Of a stretch of 64,000 nt of DNA, positions 30,099 to 40,124 are shown piece after piece. The notes beneath the pieces are model-generated. The model did no database searches. It was not told the origin of the DNA and saw only the letters and a list, made by a program, of their open reading frames with translations. This DNA is from Pelagomonas calceolata (Eukaryota), in assembly GCA_918797485.1 (NCBI GenBank), contig CAKKNE010000002.1, forward strand, positions 2,852,001-2,916,000, written 5' to 3'. Both the position numbers and the translations under genes were made by a program. Within the stretch, counting starts at the first letter, position 1, and each line of letters starts with the position of its first letter.

Positions 30099-32597
30099 CT
30101 AGGCCTCCGCCCGCTGCCCCCGCACGAGCCGCGCCGTCCGAATCACATTCCGCTGGCGGTCGCGCGTCATGCCCGACGACTCGGCCTCGTCCTCGAGGAG
30201 GCCGTCCGCCGCGAGCTGGTCGAGGCGCCGCGCGTAGGCCTGGCGCCGCGCGTCGACCTGGTCGAAGAGGCGGTCGTAGCAGAAGAGGCACGCGCGCGCT
30301 ATGCACGACGCGGGCCGCGGCGCCTGGTGGTCGCGGTCGACGAGCACCAGTTCCGCGTCGCCGCCGTGTGCAGCGAGCAAATCCCGCGAATGGTCCGGGT
30401 GGATGAAGTCGTCGCGCGCGCCGTGAATCAACAACAGGGGCGTACCGCAGTGGCGCAGCGCGCCGACGTGGTCCACGGGCGCGACCTTGGCCAGGTCGAA
30501 GCCCGCGCGGTGGCGCACGGACGCGCCGACGACGGCCAGTGCAGCTTCGGTGGCCGCGCCGACGGCCAGCGCCGCGTGCCCGCTCGTCGCCGCGGTCTTG
30601 GCCACGAGCTCGCGGCAGAGCCGCTCCAGGGAAGCAAAGGGCGAGTCGGCCACGACGCCCGCGACGTCGGGGTCCCGCGTCGCCGCGTAGAGGATTGAGG
30701 CTGATGCGCCCGCGGACCGGCCCCAGAGCGCGACCCTTGAAACGAGCGCCCGCCGCCGCAAGTAGTCGACGACCGCGAAGACGTCGTCGCGCTCGTGGAA
30801 GCCGAGCGACACGAACTCGCCGCCCGAGTTGCCCGAGCCCGCGCAATCTAAAGCACAAAGCGCCACGCCGCCGACGCACAGCGGCCGCAGCAGACTCAAA
30901 GCTCCTAATCGGTTGCACGCGTTGCCGTGCGCGTAGACGACGCACGGCGGTGGTGTGTCCGATTTTTTCGAGGGCGCCCAGAGCGACGCCCGGACCTCGA
31001 GCCCGCGGTCGTTCCGGACCACAAAGTCCTCGCGGTGCACGCGCCACTCTCTTAACACGGAAAAGTCGGACAGCCCGAGCCGCTTCTCGTCGTACGTCGC
31101 GCGCGGCGGCCGGATGATGACCTTGAGCAGGGCCTGGTAGGCCGCCTTCGCGTCGGGGCCGGCCATGCTCAGGGCCTTCTCGGGCAGCGAGTCGTCCGTC
31201 GCGCGCGCCGTCGTCGAGGAGTTGTCGCCCCCAAAGCCGAGGAACGGCTTCTCGGTCGCGACGCTCTCGTAGAGCGCCGACTGCCAGCCCCGCTCGCCGA
31301 GGGCCTCGAGGCGCGCGCGGCTCAGCGCCGTCCACCACGCGACGCACTTTGATGGTGTGTCGAACTTGAGGACGACGCCGTCGGCGCCGCGCCTCTGGTC
31401 GTCGGACACGCGCAGCGTAATTTCTAAAGACGCGTCGCGGCGCGCCTGGCGCACGCGGTCGAGGCGCGCCAAGAGCCGGCTCGCTTCATTTGGATCCGCG
31501 GCCGCCCGCAGCTCGCTCCGGTCCAGGGCGAGCCATTTTCGGCGGCCCCCGATACTGGCCCAGCCCGTCTTCGTCGCGGTCTTCGCCTTCGGCGAGAAGA
31601 GGCCGCCGAGGGCCTGGGACGCCATGGACGCGTAGCGCGCGAGCGCGTCGGCGGCCGACTCGCCCTTGCTGTCCTCGTCGTCGTCTGGCGGCCGGGGCCA
31701 GGCCGGCGCGCAGGCCGCCGCGAGGGCCGCCGCCGCCCCCTCCACGTCGAGCGGGCCGCCGCGGGCCTCGAACGCCGCGTCGAGCGCCGCCGCGTCCAAC
31801 TCAAACGCGTCCTCGCACGCCGCCTCGCGCTCCAACGCCCGCGCGTCGGCGACGAGCGGGTGCCGCGCCGCCGCGCGGCAAAAGTCCCGGAACGCCGCTC
31901 CATCTAAGACGCCGTCGCGCGCGCACTCGTCGAAGAGCGCCCTTAAAGCGAAGGCGCGCGCCGCGCCGGCGGCGGCAGGCGGCCGCAGGCGAAGCAGCCG
32001 CCGGCCCGCCTCCGCCTGCCAGGCGCAGTCGCCGCACGCCCGCACGCCGTCCTCGGCCGGCGCGCACCGCGCGCAGACGGCGTCGCCGCAGGCCGCGCAG
32101 GCGACGAGGCGCGTCCGCGCGGACCTGGCCGCGCCGCAGGCGCCGCAGGCCGCCGCCGCGTCCGTCGGCGCGGCGAGGCCGCGCCGCTCCGCGTTCACGC
32201 GGCCGAGCTCGCGCTCGACGAGCGCGCGCACGGTCGCCGCGCCCCCACCAGCCACCAGGGGCGCCACGAGCGCGCCAACGCGCCGCGCGAAAGCCTCCAG
32301 CGCGCGCGGCGGGAACCGCTCGTCGGCGACGACGGCGACGACGACGCCGTCGTCCCGCAGCCGCGCGACGCGCCAGCGGCTCCGCGCCGCCCGGTCGACG
32401 CGGCTCGGCGGGCCCAGCGCCCAGCCGGCGCCCGGCTTCGCCGCCGCGCGCCGCGCCGCGTAGGCCATGGCCGCGTCGGCGCCCGGCGCCGTCGCCTCGG
32501 TCGCCTCGGCGCCGGAGCGGTCGGCGCCGGCGCTCGCGTAGAGGATGCGGGGCGCCTCCGGTCGCTCGTATTCACCGGTGAGAGGGAGGCCGGGCAT
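30099..32597 (-). CDS. Multidomain protein: FYVE-like Zn finger + PH domain + alpha/beta hydrolase
   Basis: Zn finger CGAC..CAAC..VCARC..ACGDC; PH-like KTGW..RRKWLAL..LKFDTPSKCVAWWTAL; hydrolase IIRPPRATY, YAHGNACNR, WGRSAGA, DSPF and HGARDDFI. The start codon is uncertain. Confidence 0.75.
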   Translation of the reverse strand: MPGLPLTGEYERPEAPRILYASAGADRSGAEATEATAPGADAAMAYAARRAAAKPGAGWALGPPSRVDRAARSRWRVARLRDDGVVVAVVADERFPPRALEAFARRVGALVAPLVAGGGAATVRALVERELGRVNAERRGLAAPTDAAAACGACGAARSARTRLVACAACGDAVCARCAPAEDGVRACGDCAWQAEAGRRLLRLRPPAAAGAARAFALRALFDECARDGVLDGAAFRDFCRAAARHPLVADARALEREAACEDAFELDAAALDAAFEARGGPLDVEGAAAALAAACAPAWPRPPDDDEDSKGESAADALARYASMASQALGGLFSPKAKTATKTGWASIGGRRKWLALDRSELRAAADPNEASRLLARLDRVRQARRDASLEITLRVSDDQRRGADGVVLKFDTPSKCVAWWTALSRARLEALGERGWQSALYESVATEKPFLGFGGDNSSTTARATDDSLPEKALSMAGPDAKAAYQALLKVIIRPPRATYDEKRLGLSDFSVLREWRVHREDFVVRNDRGLEVRASLWAPSKKSDTPPPCVVYAHGNACNRLGALSLLRPLCVGGVALCALDCAGSGNSGGEFVSLGFHERDDVFAVVDYLRRRALVSRVALWGRSAGASASILYAATRDPDVAGVVADSPFASLERLCRELVAKTAATSGHAALAVGAATEAALAVVGASVRHRAGFDLAKVAPVDHVGALRHCGTPLLLIHGARDDFIHPDHSRDLLAAHGGDAELVLVDRDHQAPRPASCIARACLFCYDRLFDQVDARRQAYARRLDQLAADGLLEDEAESSGMTRDRQRNVIRTARLVRGQRAEA

Positions 32598-32943
32598 CGC
32601 TCCTGTCTGTCGCTCCGGTCTGTGACTTGGATATTCGTGTGCACCTCGCAACACGCCTGGCGTCCTCAGCGCTCCCGGTCTTGGCTGGCTGAATTCCGCA
32701 GCGCTGTGTGATGGCGTCAACGCGAGCTGTTCTTCCAGATTAGGCTCCGCGCAGGCTCCACAGCATGCTCCGCAGGACACAGTGTGCAGCGCTCTCACTT
32801 AGTGCTCTTCGACTGCAGACTCGCAGCGGTTGCGCAGCCTCGCGTGTGCTCTTGGCCCGCTCTCGGCTTGAGGTTCCTGACAGCTGTTCGACTCCTACGG
32901 CTCCAGCAAGGTCTATCAGGGACCAAGAGGCAGCAACAGCAGC

Positions 32944-34011
32944 ATGTTGTTAGCGCTCCGGCTCGGGGCGCTCGGGGCGCTGGCGGCGGCGTTAGCACCA
33001 CCACAGGCTCCGCCCGCGACGCCGCTGCGCCGCGGCTTCGAGGTCGTCGCGACGTTCGACACGTCGACGCTCGACGGCGCGACGCGGGCGCCGCTCGCGC
33101 TGCAGGTCCTCGACCCGCGGCGGTTCCCGACGCCGTCGAAGGCGAAGCGCGCCTGCCGGAGAGCTGAGGTCGCGCTCAACGGGCGGACGGCACGCTGCGG
33201 CGACGACGTGAATGTGGGCGACGTGCTGGAGCTGCGCGCGCGGACCTGCGTCGAGTCCTACCTCCAGGCGCGGTTCCGCAGCGCGAAGGCGCCCTTCGAA
33301 CTCAAGGTCGCGTACGAGGACGACTACCTCGCCGTCGTCGTCAAGCCCTCGGGCCGGCCGACCCATTCCGAGGGCCAGGGCCGCATGAACCTGCGGAGCG
33401 CCGTGCCCTTTGCGCTCCGGCCGCCGGCGAGGGTCGACGACGGCGACCGCGCGCTGAGCCGGCCGCAGCCCGTGCACCGGCTGGACAAGGCGACGAGCGG
33501 GCTGGTCCTGTGCGCGAAGACGAAAAACGCGGCGGTCGAGTGCTCTCGTATGTTCGCCGAGCGGCGCGTGAAGAAGCGCTACGCCGCCGTGCTGCTGGGC
33601 GAACCGGCTACACCACGAGGCGTTATCGACGCGCCGATCCCGGTTGCCGTGAATGGAGTTTCCACCCTGCGGTCGGCGCGAACGGTCTATACAGTGGAAC
33701 GCGTCGTGCGGTCGCTCAAAATGGACCACCTCACACTCGTTCACTTTGCGCCGCGGACGGGCCGCACGCATCAGCTCCGCCGACACGCCGCCGATGTGCT
33801 TCGTTGCCCGATCGTCGGCGACGCCCTCTACGACGGCGGCGGCGCCGCGGCGATGCAGTTCCGCCGGCGCGGGCTCTTCCTCTGCGCGCGGTATCTTGAG
33901 CTCGACCATCCTTGTGTTCCGGGCGAGCGGCTCCGCGTCGAGATCCCGCTCCCGGCCAAGTTCGACGACCTCCTCGCCCGCGAGAGCGACCGGTTCGAGC
34001 GGTTGGCCTGA
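32944..34011 (+). CDS. Pseudouridine synthase, RluA/RluD family (probably plastid-targeted)
   Basis: S4-like region plus YEDDYLAVVVKPSG, PVHRLDKATSGL, KKRYAA, TGRTHQLRRH and PIVGDALY. Confidence 0.92.
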   Translation: MLLALRLGALGALAAALAPPQAPPATPLRRGFEVVATFDTSTLDGATRAPLALQVLDPRRFPTPSKAKRACRRAEVALNGRTARCGDDVNVGDVLELRARTCVESYLQARFRSAKAPFELKVAYEDDYLAVVVKPSGRPTHSEGQGRMNLRSAVPFALRPPARVDDGDRALSRPQPVHRLDKATSGLVLCAKTKNAAVECSRMFAERRVKKRYAAVLLGEPATPRGVIDAPIPVAVNGVSTLRSARTVYTVERVVRSLKMDHLTLVHFAPRTGRTHQLRRHAADVLRCPIVGDALYDGGGAAAMQFRRRGLFLCARYLELDHPCVPGERLRVEIPLPAKFDDLLARESDRFERLA

Positions 34012-34264
34012 TGCTTTGTGCTGTAACGTTGTTTGTTTTGCCATGTTCGGACGACCTGAGCCGCCGACGAAGCGGCGGCGACGAGGAGCCTTAACCTCGA
34101 AAACGGGTTTTACACCGAGCACACAAAAACAAGCTCGCTCCTAATTGGCAGCATTTGACCTCTACTGAGCAGGTTTAGGCACTGCTGATATCGCACCGCT
34201 GCGGCACCACTCGCCGCTGGTCAGGCCCGCCAGAGCTGTATTTGCTGCTGCCTCGCCGCGACCC

Positions 34265-34852
34265 ATGCCGAGGCCGCGGCTCCTCGTCGCCGCGCTCGGC
34301 TGCGCGACGGCGCTCCGACTGCCGTGGCGGCGGCCCGCGCCGCAACTCTTGCCGCCGGTGCCGCAGATCTTCACGCCCGACGACTCGCGGCCAGTCGTCC
34401 TCTTCGACGGCGAGTGCAATTTGTGCAACCGGGGCGTGAACCTGCTGTTGGACCGGGACCGCTGCGACGATGATGAGAGGGGCAACCTGCGCGTCGCGGC
34501 GCTCCAGTCGGGCGTCGGCCGGACGCTCTGCGCGCGGCTCCCGCCTGATCAATACGCGAAGGCCGTCGACGCGGAGACGGGCGCCTACAAGTCGATCGTC
34601 GTCCAGGGCGCGCGCGAGGCGTGGGTCGGCTCGGCGGCCGTGCTGAAGATCGGGCGCCAGCTGCGCGGGCCGCTCGGCTGGCTCGCGGCGCTTGGGAGTT
34701 TCGTGCCGCGGCTGGTGCTGGACCCGGCCTACGGCTTCGTCTCGCGGCGGCGGAAGCTCTGGTTCGGCGAGAGCGACCAGTGCCGCGTCTGGGACGACGA
34801 CTGGGAGCAGCGCTTCGTCGACGACGCGGTCCTGCGCGGCGACCCGGGCTGA
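34265..34852 (+). CDS. DCC1-like thiol-disulfide oxidoreductase (DUF393)
   Basis: Motifs VVLFDGECNLCNRGV, AALQS and YGFVSRRRKLWFG. Confidence 0.88.
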   Translation: MPRPRLLVAALGCATALRLPWRRPAPQLLPPVPQIFTPDDSRPVVLFDGECNLCNRGVNLLLDRDRCDDDERGNLRVAALQSGVGRTLCARLPPDQYAKAVDAETGAYKSIVVQGAREAWVGSAAVLKIGRQLRGPLGWLAALGSFVPRLVLDPAYGFVSRRRKLWFGESDQCRVWDDDWEQRFVDDAVLRGDPG

Positions 34853-35315
34853 CGGGGGCGGGCGGGCGTAGGATCCTATATTATCAGACCCCTCATGGTG
34901 CCGTCGACGACGCGCCGCCTCGCCGCCACTACTGCGCCTGGTCCGGGGGCGAGAGCCGTGATCGACGCGAGCCACGTACGCCTCCCCGCGCCGGGGAAGA
35001 GACAAGTCGGGAGAGAGCGGCTGTTAGGCGCGCGGGACACGGGGCGGGAGGGGCGGGGCGGGAGGGGATCGGGGCGGGGACGGGATGGGGCGGGAGTGGG
35101 TAGGTTTTTGGATATAGCGCCAACAACCGTAAAAGTCCGCGTCCCCTGTATCTTGAGCCATCCGCCCGACGCGGCGCCGGCGCTGCTCGATGGCGTGGGA
35201 GTGGCGCCGTCGACCTGCGTCAGGTACCTTTGCGACGTAAATTCCCGGAGCGGAGGAGTCGACACTTGAGTCGACGATGCTCGAGAAAGACAACTTACCC
35301 CCCGCGGCATCTCTC

Positions 35316-36833
35316 TCAGTAGACGCCCGGCACGATGCGGTACTTCACGCGGGCCATGTAGTCCTCGTAGTACGCGCCGTACTTCTTGAGGCACTTCTCC
35401 TCGTCGCGGTGTGCGCGGTGGATCAGCAGGATCGTGAGGAACGCCGCGTAGAAGAGCGGCAGCGGCCCGTTGACCAGGGGGTTCGCCAGCAGGCCCCAGG
35501 ACCAGGCCGCCGTGAGCTCGAAGGAGTACTGGAGGTGGCGCGCGACGCCCCACCAGCCCGACGCCAGTAAGAGGGAAGAGTGCTCCGTTAACGTACCAGT
35601 GGCCGGGTCGGCGGTGACGTACTTGGCCTTGATGTAAACGGGCTTGCGGCCCCAGACCTTGCACTTTCCATTCAATTCGCGGAAGCGCATGCGCTGCGCG
35701 TCGGCCCAGAAGTTGAGGCCGACGCCGAGCAAGCCAACAACAAAAATAATGCCGGCGCTGAGCCAGGACAATCCCGTAGGGGCGCGCACGCCACACCTAG
35801 AATGCAACGTGTACACGCACGGCACCCAGACCAAACAGCCCCACGTCTCGTAGAAGCCTGCTCTATCTACAATAATGTCGATCGACCGCATGTACCCGAT
35901 CTCCCACGCGAAGAACTTGACCAAGTAGAGGTACTGGGACAACGCCGCCAATACCAAACCGGGGTCCCACCGCCCGTGCAGGGTGTACGATTTATACGCG
36001 AACGAGAGCCCCGCGAGCTGCCAGTACGTCATCGCGAAGCGGCAGTTCACGAACTTCTTGATGTCTATATCAAAAACCCTGGGATAGAGCTCCGTGCCCC
36101 AGTAGTAGTCGAAGATCAGGCCGCCGCCCGACTTGCCGTTGTCGGCTGTCGACGGCGCGTAGAGCCCCTTGACGTACAAAAACACGCAGAAGACCAGCCC
36201 GAAGGCGTTCAGCGCGCCGATCGTGCCCGGGAAGACGTCGTACAAAATCCCGGCATCGTAGTACTCAAAGTAGGCGCCTCCCACGAATAACAGTGACGAT
36301 AGCACACAGTGCGCGACACCATTATCAACATATCGGGGGACGTGGCCCGTCGCCGTGCGCGGGCCCTCCTTCGTTTTTCCGGGAACGTAGTATAAGATGA
36401 GCGCGGCTAGATTGAAGTACCCGAGCAGCTTCCAGGCCTCGGCCGTACCAAAAATACCCACATAATCAAAAGAATCCGCTAGGAGTCCACCCACACCATT
36501 TTCAGAGACATACGACGCGAGGCCGTCGATGGATGGCGAAGTGGCGTCAGAATTCGTGGCAAAGGCCAGGACCGCGACGAGCAAAGGGCACGGCACGAGG
36601 AGAAACAACGGCAATAAGACGCACCGCAGGAACTTCTCGAGGGGCGGCATGTCGTAGGGGCTCAGTTCGGCGGGCGGCGCCTTGAGGTTCTTGGAGCTCT
36701 TGCGCGCGGGGCTCCTCGCGCGCGCCGCGGGCTTCTTCGGCGCGGGCGACGTGCTCCTTGTAGAGACGCGGCGCGGGGCCGCGGCCCGGGGAGTGCCCTC
36801 GCCGGAGGCTCTTCTTGCGCGCGTGGCGACCAT
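35316..36833 (-). CDS. DHCR7: 7-dehydrocholesterol (sterol delta-7) reductase
   Basis: Motifs DYYWGTELYPR, KFVNCRF, KFFAWEIGYMRSIDIIVDRAGFYETWGCLVWVP, LLASGWWGVARH and HRAHRDEEKCLKKYG (DWF5-type). Confidence 0.9.
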   Translation of the reverse strand: MVATRARRASGEGTPRAAAPRRVSTRSTSPAPKKPAARARSPARKSSKNLKAPPAELSPYDMPPLEKFLRCVLLPLFLLVPCPLLVAVLAFATNSDATSPSIDGLASYVSENGVGGLLADSFDYVGIFGTAEAWKLLGYFNLAALILYYVPGKTKEGPRTATGHVPRYVDNGVAHCVLSSLLFVGGAYFEYYDAGILYDVFPGTIGALNAFGLVFCVFLYVKGLYAPSTADNGKSGGGLIFDYYWGTELYPRVFDIDIKKFVNCRFAMTYWQLAGLSFAYKSYTLHGRWDPGLVLAALSQYLYLVKFFAWEIGYMRSIDIIVDRAGFYETWGCLVWVPCVYTLHSRCGVRAPTGLSWLSAGIIFVVGLLGVGLNFWADAQRMRFRELNGKCKVWGRKPVYIKAKYVTADPATGTLTEHSSLLLASGWWGVARHLQYSFELTAAWSWGLLANPLVNGPLPLFYAAFLTILLIHRAHRDEEKCLKKYGAYYEDYMARVKYRIVPGVY

Positions 36834-37006
36834 GGTTTTGGCTGCCAAGCCTCACTTGCGTGTTTAGGCTTTTGCTGCCTTTGACGGCTGGTGCAAAGCA
36901 GCAAGACGTTTGGCACAGCGAGGGCAGCGAGCGCAGCGACGCGTGCGTTGCCCAGCTCTTGGTGTGCACGTTGCGCGCTGGCGGTGGCGAAAGAGGCGCG
37001 CGCGAA

Positions 37007-37030
37007 GCTAGCGACCTGTAAGATACTAGC
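37007..37030 (-). promoter_or_regulatory. Upstream 24-bp motif, copy 6
   Basis: Minus strand GCTAGTATCTTACAGGTCGCTAGC, about 175 bp before the DHCR7 ATG and co-oriented with it. Confidence 0.65.
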
Positions 37031-37116
37031 AATCAGATATATATATGGGGATTGCCGAAGCGGTTCTGCTTAGAAGGAGGTACGCTGTTATGAAAGACGC
37101 GGCACGCGCCCGCCGC

Positions 37117-37191
37117 CGATGAATCGGCGTCGCGCGGTGTCTCCCCCGCAGGGATCCCGCCCACTAGTCCCGGCAACGTAACAGATATCCC
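37117..37191. repeat. Dispersed 3'-flank repeat copy
   Basis: CGATGAATCGGCGTCGCGCGGTGTCTCCCCC..GGGATCCCGCCCACTAGTCC aligns with 38815-38883. Confidence 0.75.
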
Positions 37192-37257
37192 TCGACCCAG
37201 ACGCCATCGACGACGCGCCACACCGCCGGAAGCCGGAACACAACAACCCACAGTTAC

Positions 37258-38548
37258 TCAGATCCCGACCGTCAGCGCGTACCAGAGGAAGCACGCCGTC
37301 ACGCCGAGCGCGAGCGTCGGCACGTCGTCCTCGGTCCACGGCACGGCGAAGCCCTCCGATCTATCATATTCGACGGGGTCGTCGAGGTCGCGGCGCGGCG
37401 GCCTTACCAAAAGCCGCTCCAGCAGCGTCGGCTCGACGCGGTTTTTGCGGCGCGACTCGTAGACGTTCGGACAACCCTCCTCGAGGGCCCGGACGCAGCC
37501 CGACACCGTCGGCGTCTCGCCCTTAGCGTCGACGGCCGCCAGATGCGCGACGACGGCCTCGAGCGCGCCCGACTCCCGCTTCAGTAATAAATGGGCCTGG
37601 AGCGCCGCCCAGCGCGTCGTGGCCAGAACATCGCCCTCGGACATGCGCGCGCCGTCGAAGATGGACTGCAACTGCGCCAAGTCGGCGGCTCCTCCTTCGG
37701 CGTCGGCATACTCATCAATTTCCGCCATGATCCCCGCCAGGCTCACCACAGCTATCATTTCGGGAGAGGCGCCGTAGCGAGGTTTTTGCCGCTCCACCGC
37801 CTCCTTGGGCAGTCGCAGCGTCTGGGCCACGTCGCTTCGTCCATCTCTAAATTCGACGGCGGCGTAGGCCGCGTTCGCGCTGACGTTAGCGACCGGGAGA
37901 CCCAACGCGTGGCCCGCGACGAGATGCCCCGCCTCGTGGCGCCTCAGGCGCGCGCGGTACGCCGGGAACAGAAACGTGTACAGCTTGACCACGTACCGTT
38001 GCAGGTCCTCGGGGAAGACCAAACCGAGGCTCAGGTAGCCGTACGGCGCGAAGCACAACAACTGTACTATAACGAAGCGCCAGATCTCCGGCAAAAAAGT
38101 GAGGGACTGGTTCGCCGCGACGGAACTCAACATCGCCGAGAGCATGACGCCCGCGAAGAGGACCGCCAGCTTCTCGACGCTCTGTTCGCCTGTGCGGAAA
38201 TGAACCGGTTACGCCATCGAGCAGACCCAGTTATTTGATATTCGTGCACTGCTACCCGCCGAGCACGCCGACGGCGTCGGCGATGTCGCCGCGACAGCGC
38301 GTCGTGGTCTCGAGTTGCGTCGTGGAGACGGCGTAGCGCGGCTGCAGCTCGGCGCTGCGCCACTTCGTGGCGGCACCGCGCGCTGCCAAAGCTTCGAGCG
38401 CGTTGTCCGCAGTCGAAGCTTGCGGCGCGTCGAGGAGCGCCCATAACTCGGCGGTCGGGCGCTCCGTCATCGGCACGAGGCCGATCCGTTCTGGTGGTGC
38501 GAGGCCGCGCGCGCAAGCGACTAACAGTGCGCCCAGCAAGCGCATCAT
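37258..38548 (-). CDS. Peptidase M41-like HExxH protein without an AAA domain, probably plastid-targeted; exons 38548-38260 and 38189-37258
   Basis: Motifs RHEAGHLVAGHALGLPV, VSLAGIMAE and AEGGAADLAQL; signal peptide. A 70-bp GC-AG intron restores the frame (..VL|GEQSVEKL..). Confidence 0.75.
38190..38259 (-). mobile_element. Degenerate introner-derived GC-AG intron (70 bp)
   Basis: Decayed TSD GCGGGTAG vs GCGAACAG; ends CAGTGCACGAATATCAA...TTCATTTCCGCACAG; core TCGATGGCGT. Confidence 0.68.
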
Positions 38549-38814
38549 TTTTGCAGCGCTCGTGCCGCAGCTTTTGCAGCTTTGGCACCACGCAAGCACC
38601 AGGCAAACTTGTTCAGGGCCCAGGCCGCGAGCAGTCGCACAGCTCACAGTCGCGGTCTAACGTATGGCAGCGATGCCTTTCGACGAGTTCTAAGACTCGT
38701 TTGGCCCACGAACAGCGCGTCTAACACGAGCGGACAAGAGTGAGCTAGATGATGGGCTCTAACATTCTGCTAGCCTCAGCCTCTGCGACGTAACTAGCCT
38801 CAGCCTCACACCCG

Positions 38815-38883
38815 CGATGAGTCGGCGACGCGCGGTGTCTCCCCCCCAGCCAGGGGTTCCGCCCACTAGTCCTAGCACCGTAA
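38815..38883. repeat. Dispersed 3'-flank repeat copy
   Basis: CGATGAGTCGGCGACGCGCGGTGTCTCCCCCCCAGCCAGGGGTTCCGCCCACTAGTCCTAGCACCGTAA. Confidence 0.75.
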
Positions 38884-38924
38884 AAACAGTATTTGCGGGA
38901 GATAGAGTCAAAGAAAACCACATG

Positions 38925-39728
38925 TTAGACCGCCTCCGCCCCCCGCGCCACGTCCGCCTTCAGCGGCTCCTCGCGCGTTGATGGAGCGGGCGCGGGCGAG
39001 TCGAGGGGCACGGCGGCGACGACGGGGATCGGCTGCTGCTGCTGCTGCAGCCGCGGCACGCGCGCGAGCTCGATCGCGGGCGCTCTCCCAACATCGGAGG
39101 CGGCGATCTCGGACATGAGCCGCGACGACGCCCAGGCCGTCGCCGCGGCCAGGGCGAACAGGACCACGTAGATCGCCACCCCGACCCACATTTGGATGAT
39201 GAGCGACGTCACCAGATACAACCCAAACAACGTCGCCAGGAAGACGTTGATGCTGAAGAAGACGGTCAAATAGCCGGGCGCGTGCTCGCAGCAGCAGCCG
39301 CCGCCATCCGCGTTCGCGCAGCAGGCCGCGTTTTTCGTGCGCACGCCGTGGACGCCGACCCAGGCCACGTAGCAGTACAGCGCGCCGTTCACCAGCAATT
39401 GGAACAGCGCCCAGCCCGCCTCGCGCGGGTTCGCCGCAACATTAACAGCGAACACGACGAGCCAGAACAGCAGCGTGACCGCGAGTGAGATGATGGTGAG
39501 CCGTAATGTCAGCGTGGACAGCTCCCTTATTTTGGCGTCCTCGGGCGCGCTGTACGCCGTGGCGACGGCGAAGTAGCCGTCCCGCGACGCGGCCGCGCCG
39601 GGCACGAGCGACACGTACGCGACGGGCTCGGGGCCGTCGCGCGGCGCCGCGAGCGGGTTCTGCACTGGGCTGGCGACCGCGTCGGGTGGCGGCGCGGCTG
39701 GCGCGGGCGGCGGCGCGGGCGGCTGCAT
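38925..39728 (-). CDS. Hypothetical four-TM membrane protein with a Cys-rich loop
   Basis: Pro-rich N-terminus, four hydrophobic helices and an ACC..GCCC loop. Confidence 0.65.
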   Translation of the reverse strand: MQPPAPPPAPAAPPPDAVASPVQNPLAAPRDGPEPVAYVSLVPGAAASRDGYFAVATAYSAPEDAKIRELSTLTLRLTIISLAVTLLFWLVVFAVNVAANPREAGWALFQLLVNGALYCYVAWVGVHGVRTKNAACCANADGGGCCCEHAPGYLTVFFSINVFLATLFGLYLVTSLIIQMWVGVAIYVVLFALAAATAWASSRLMSEIAASDVGRAPAIELARVPRLQQQQQPIPVVAAVPLDSPAPAPSTREEPLKADVARGAEAV

Positions 39729-40124
39729 CGTGTTGGCTGGCTCTGGGGCCTCTGTGCTGGCTTTACCCAAGGTGGCTTAGATGTGCAGCAGTGGCAGCCG
39801 GGCAGCGCGCACAATGTGGCGATCCTCCACGAGTCCTGGTGTGCCTCAACCGTGCGACCTTCCACGCGAGAGGGCACCCCTGTCCACCACTTCGCATCTC
39901 ATGCAAATTCCTGGAGACGCTGGCCGCGTGCGGGTTCTCCCAGGCCTCCCCGTCCACGTCCTCTCTATACAGCTCCACCCCCTGGCTCGCCTAGCCAACG
40001 AACTCTCTAGCCAAGGCACAGACAACAAGGTGGAGGTCGCAGGCACTCATCACTTCTCCTGCGTCGTCCGCCGTGAACAGAGACGCTCGAATAGTTCATC
40101 TCGATCCCAGCATCTATCGCAGAA

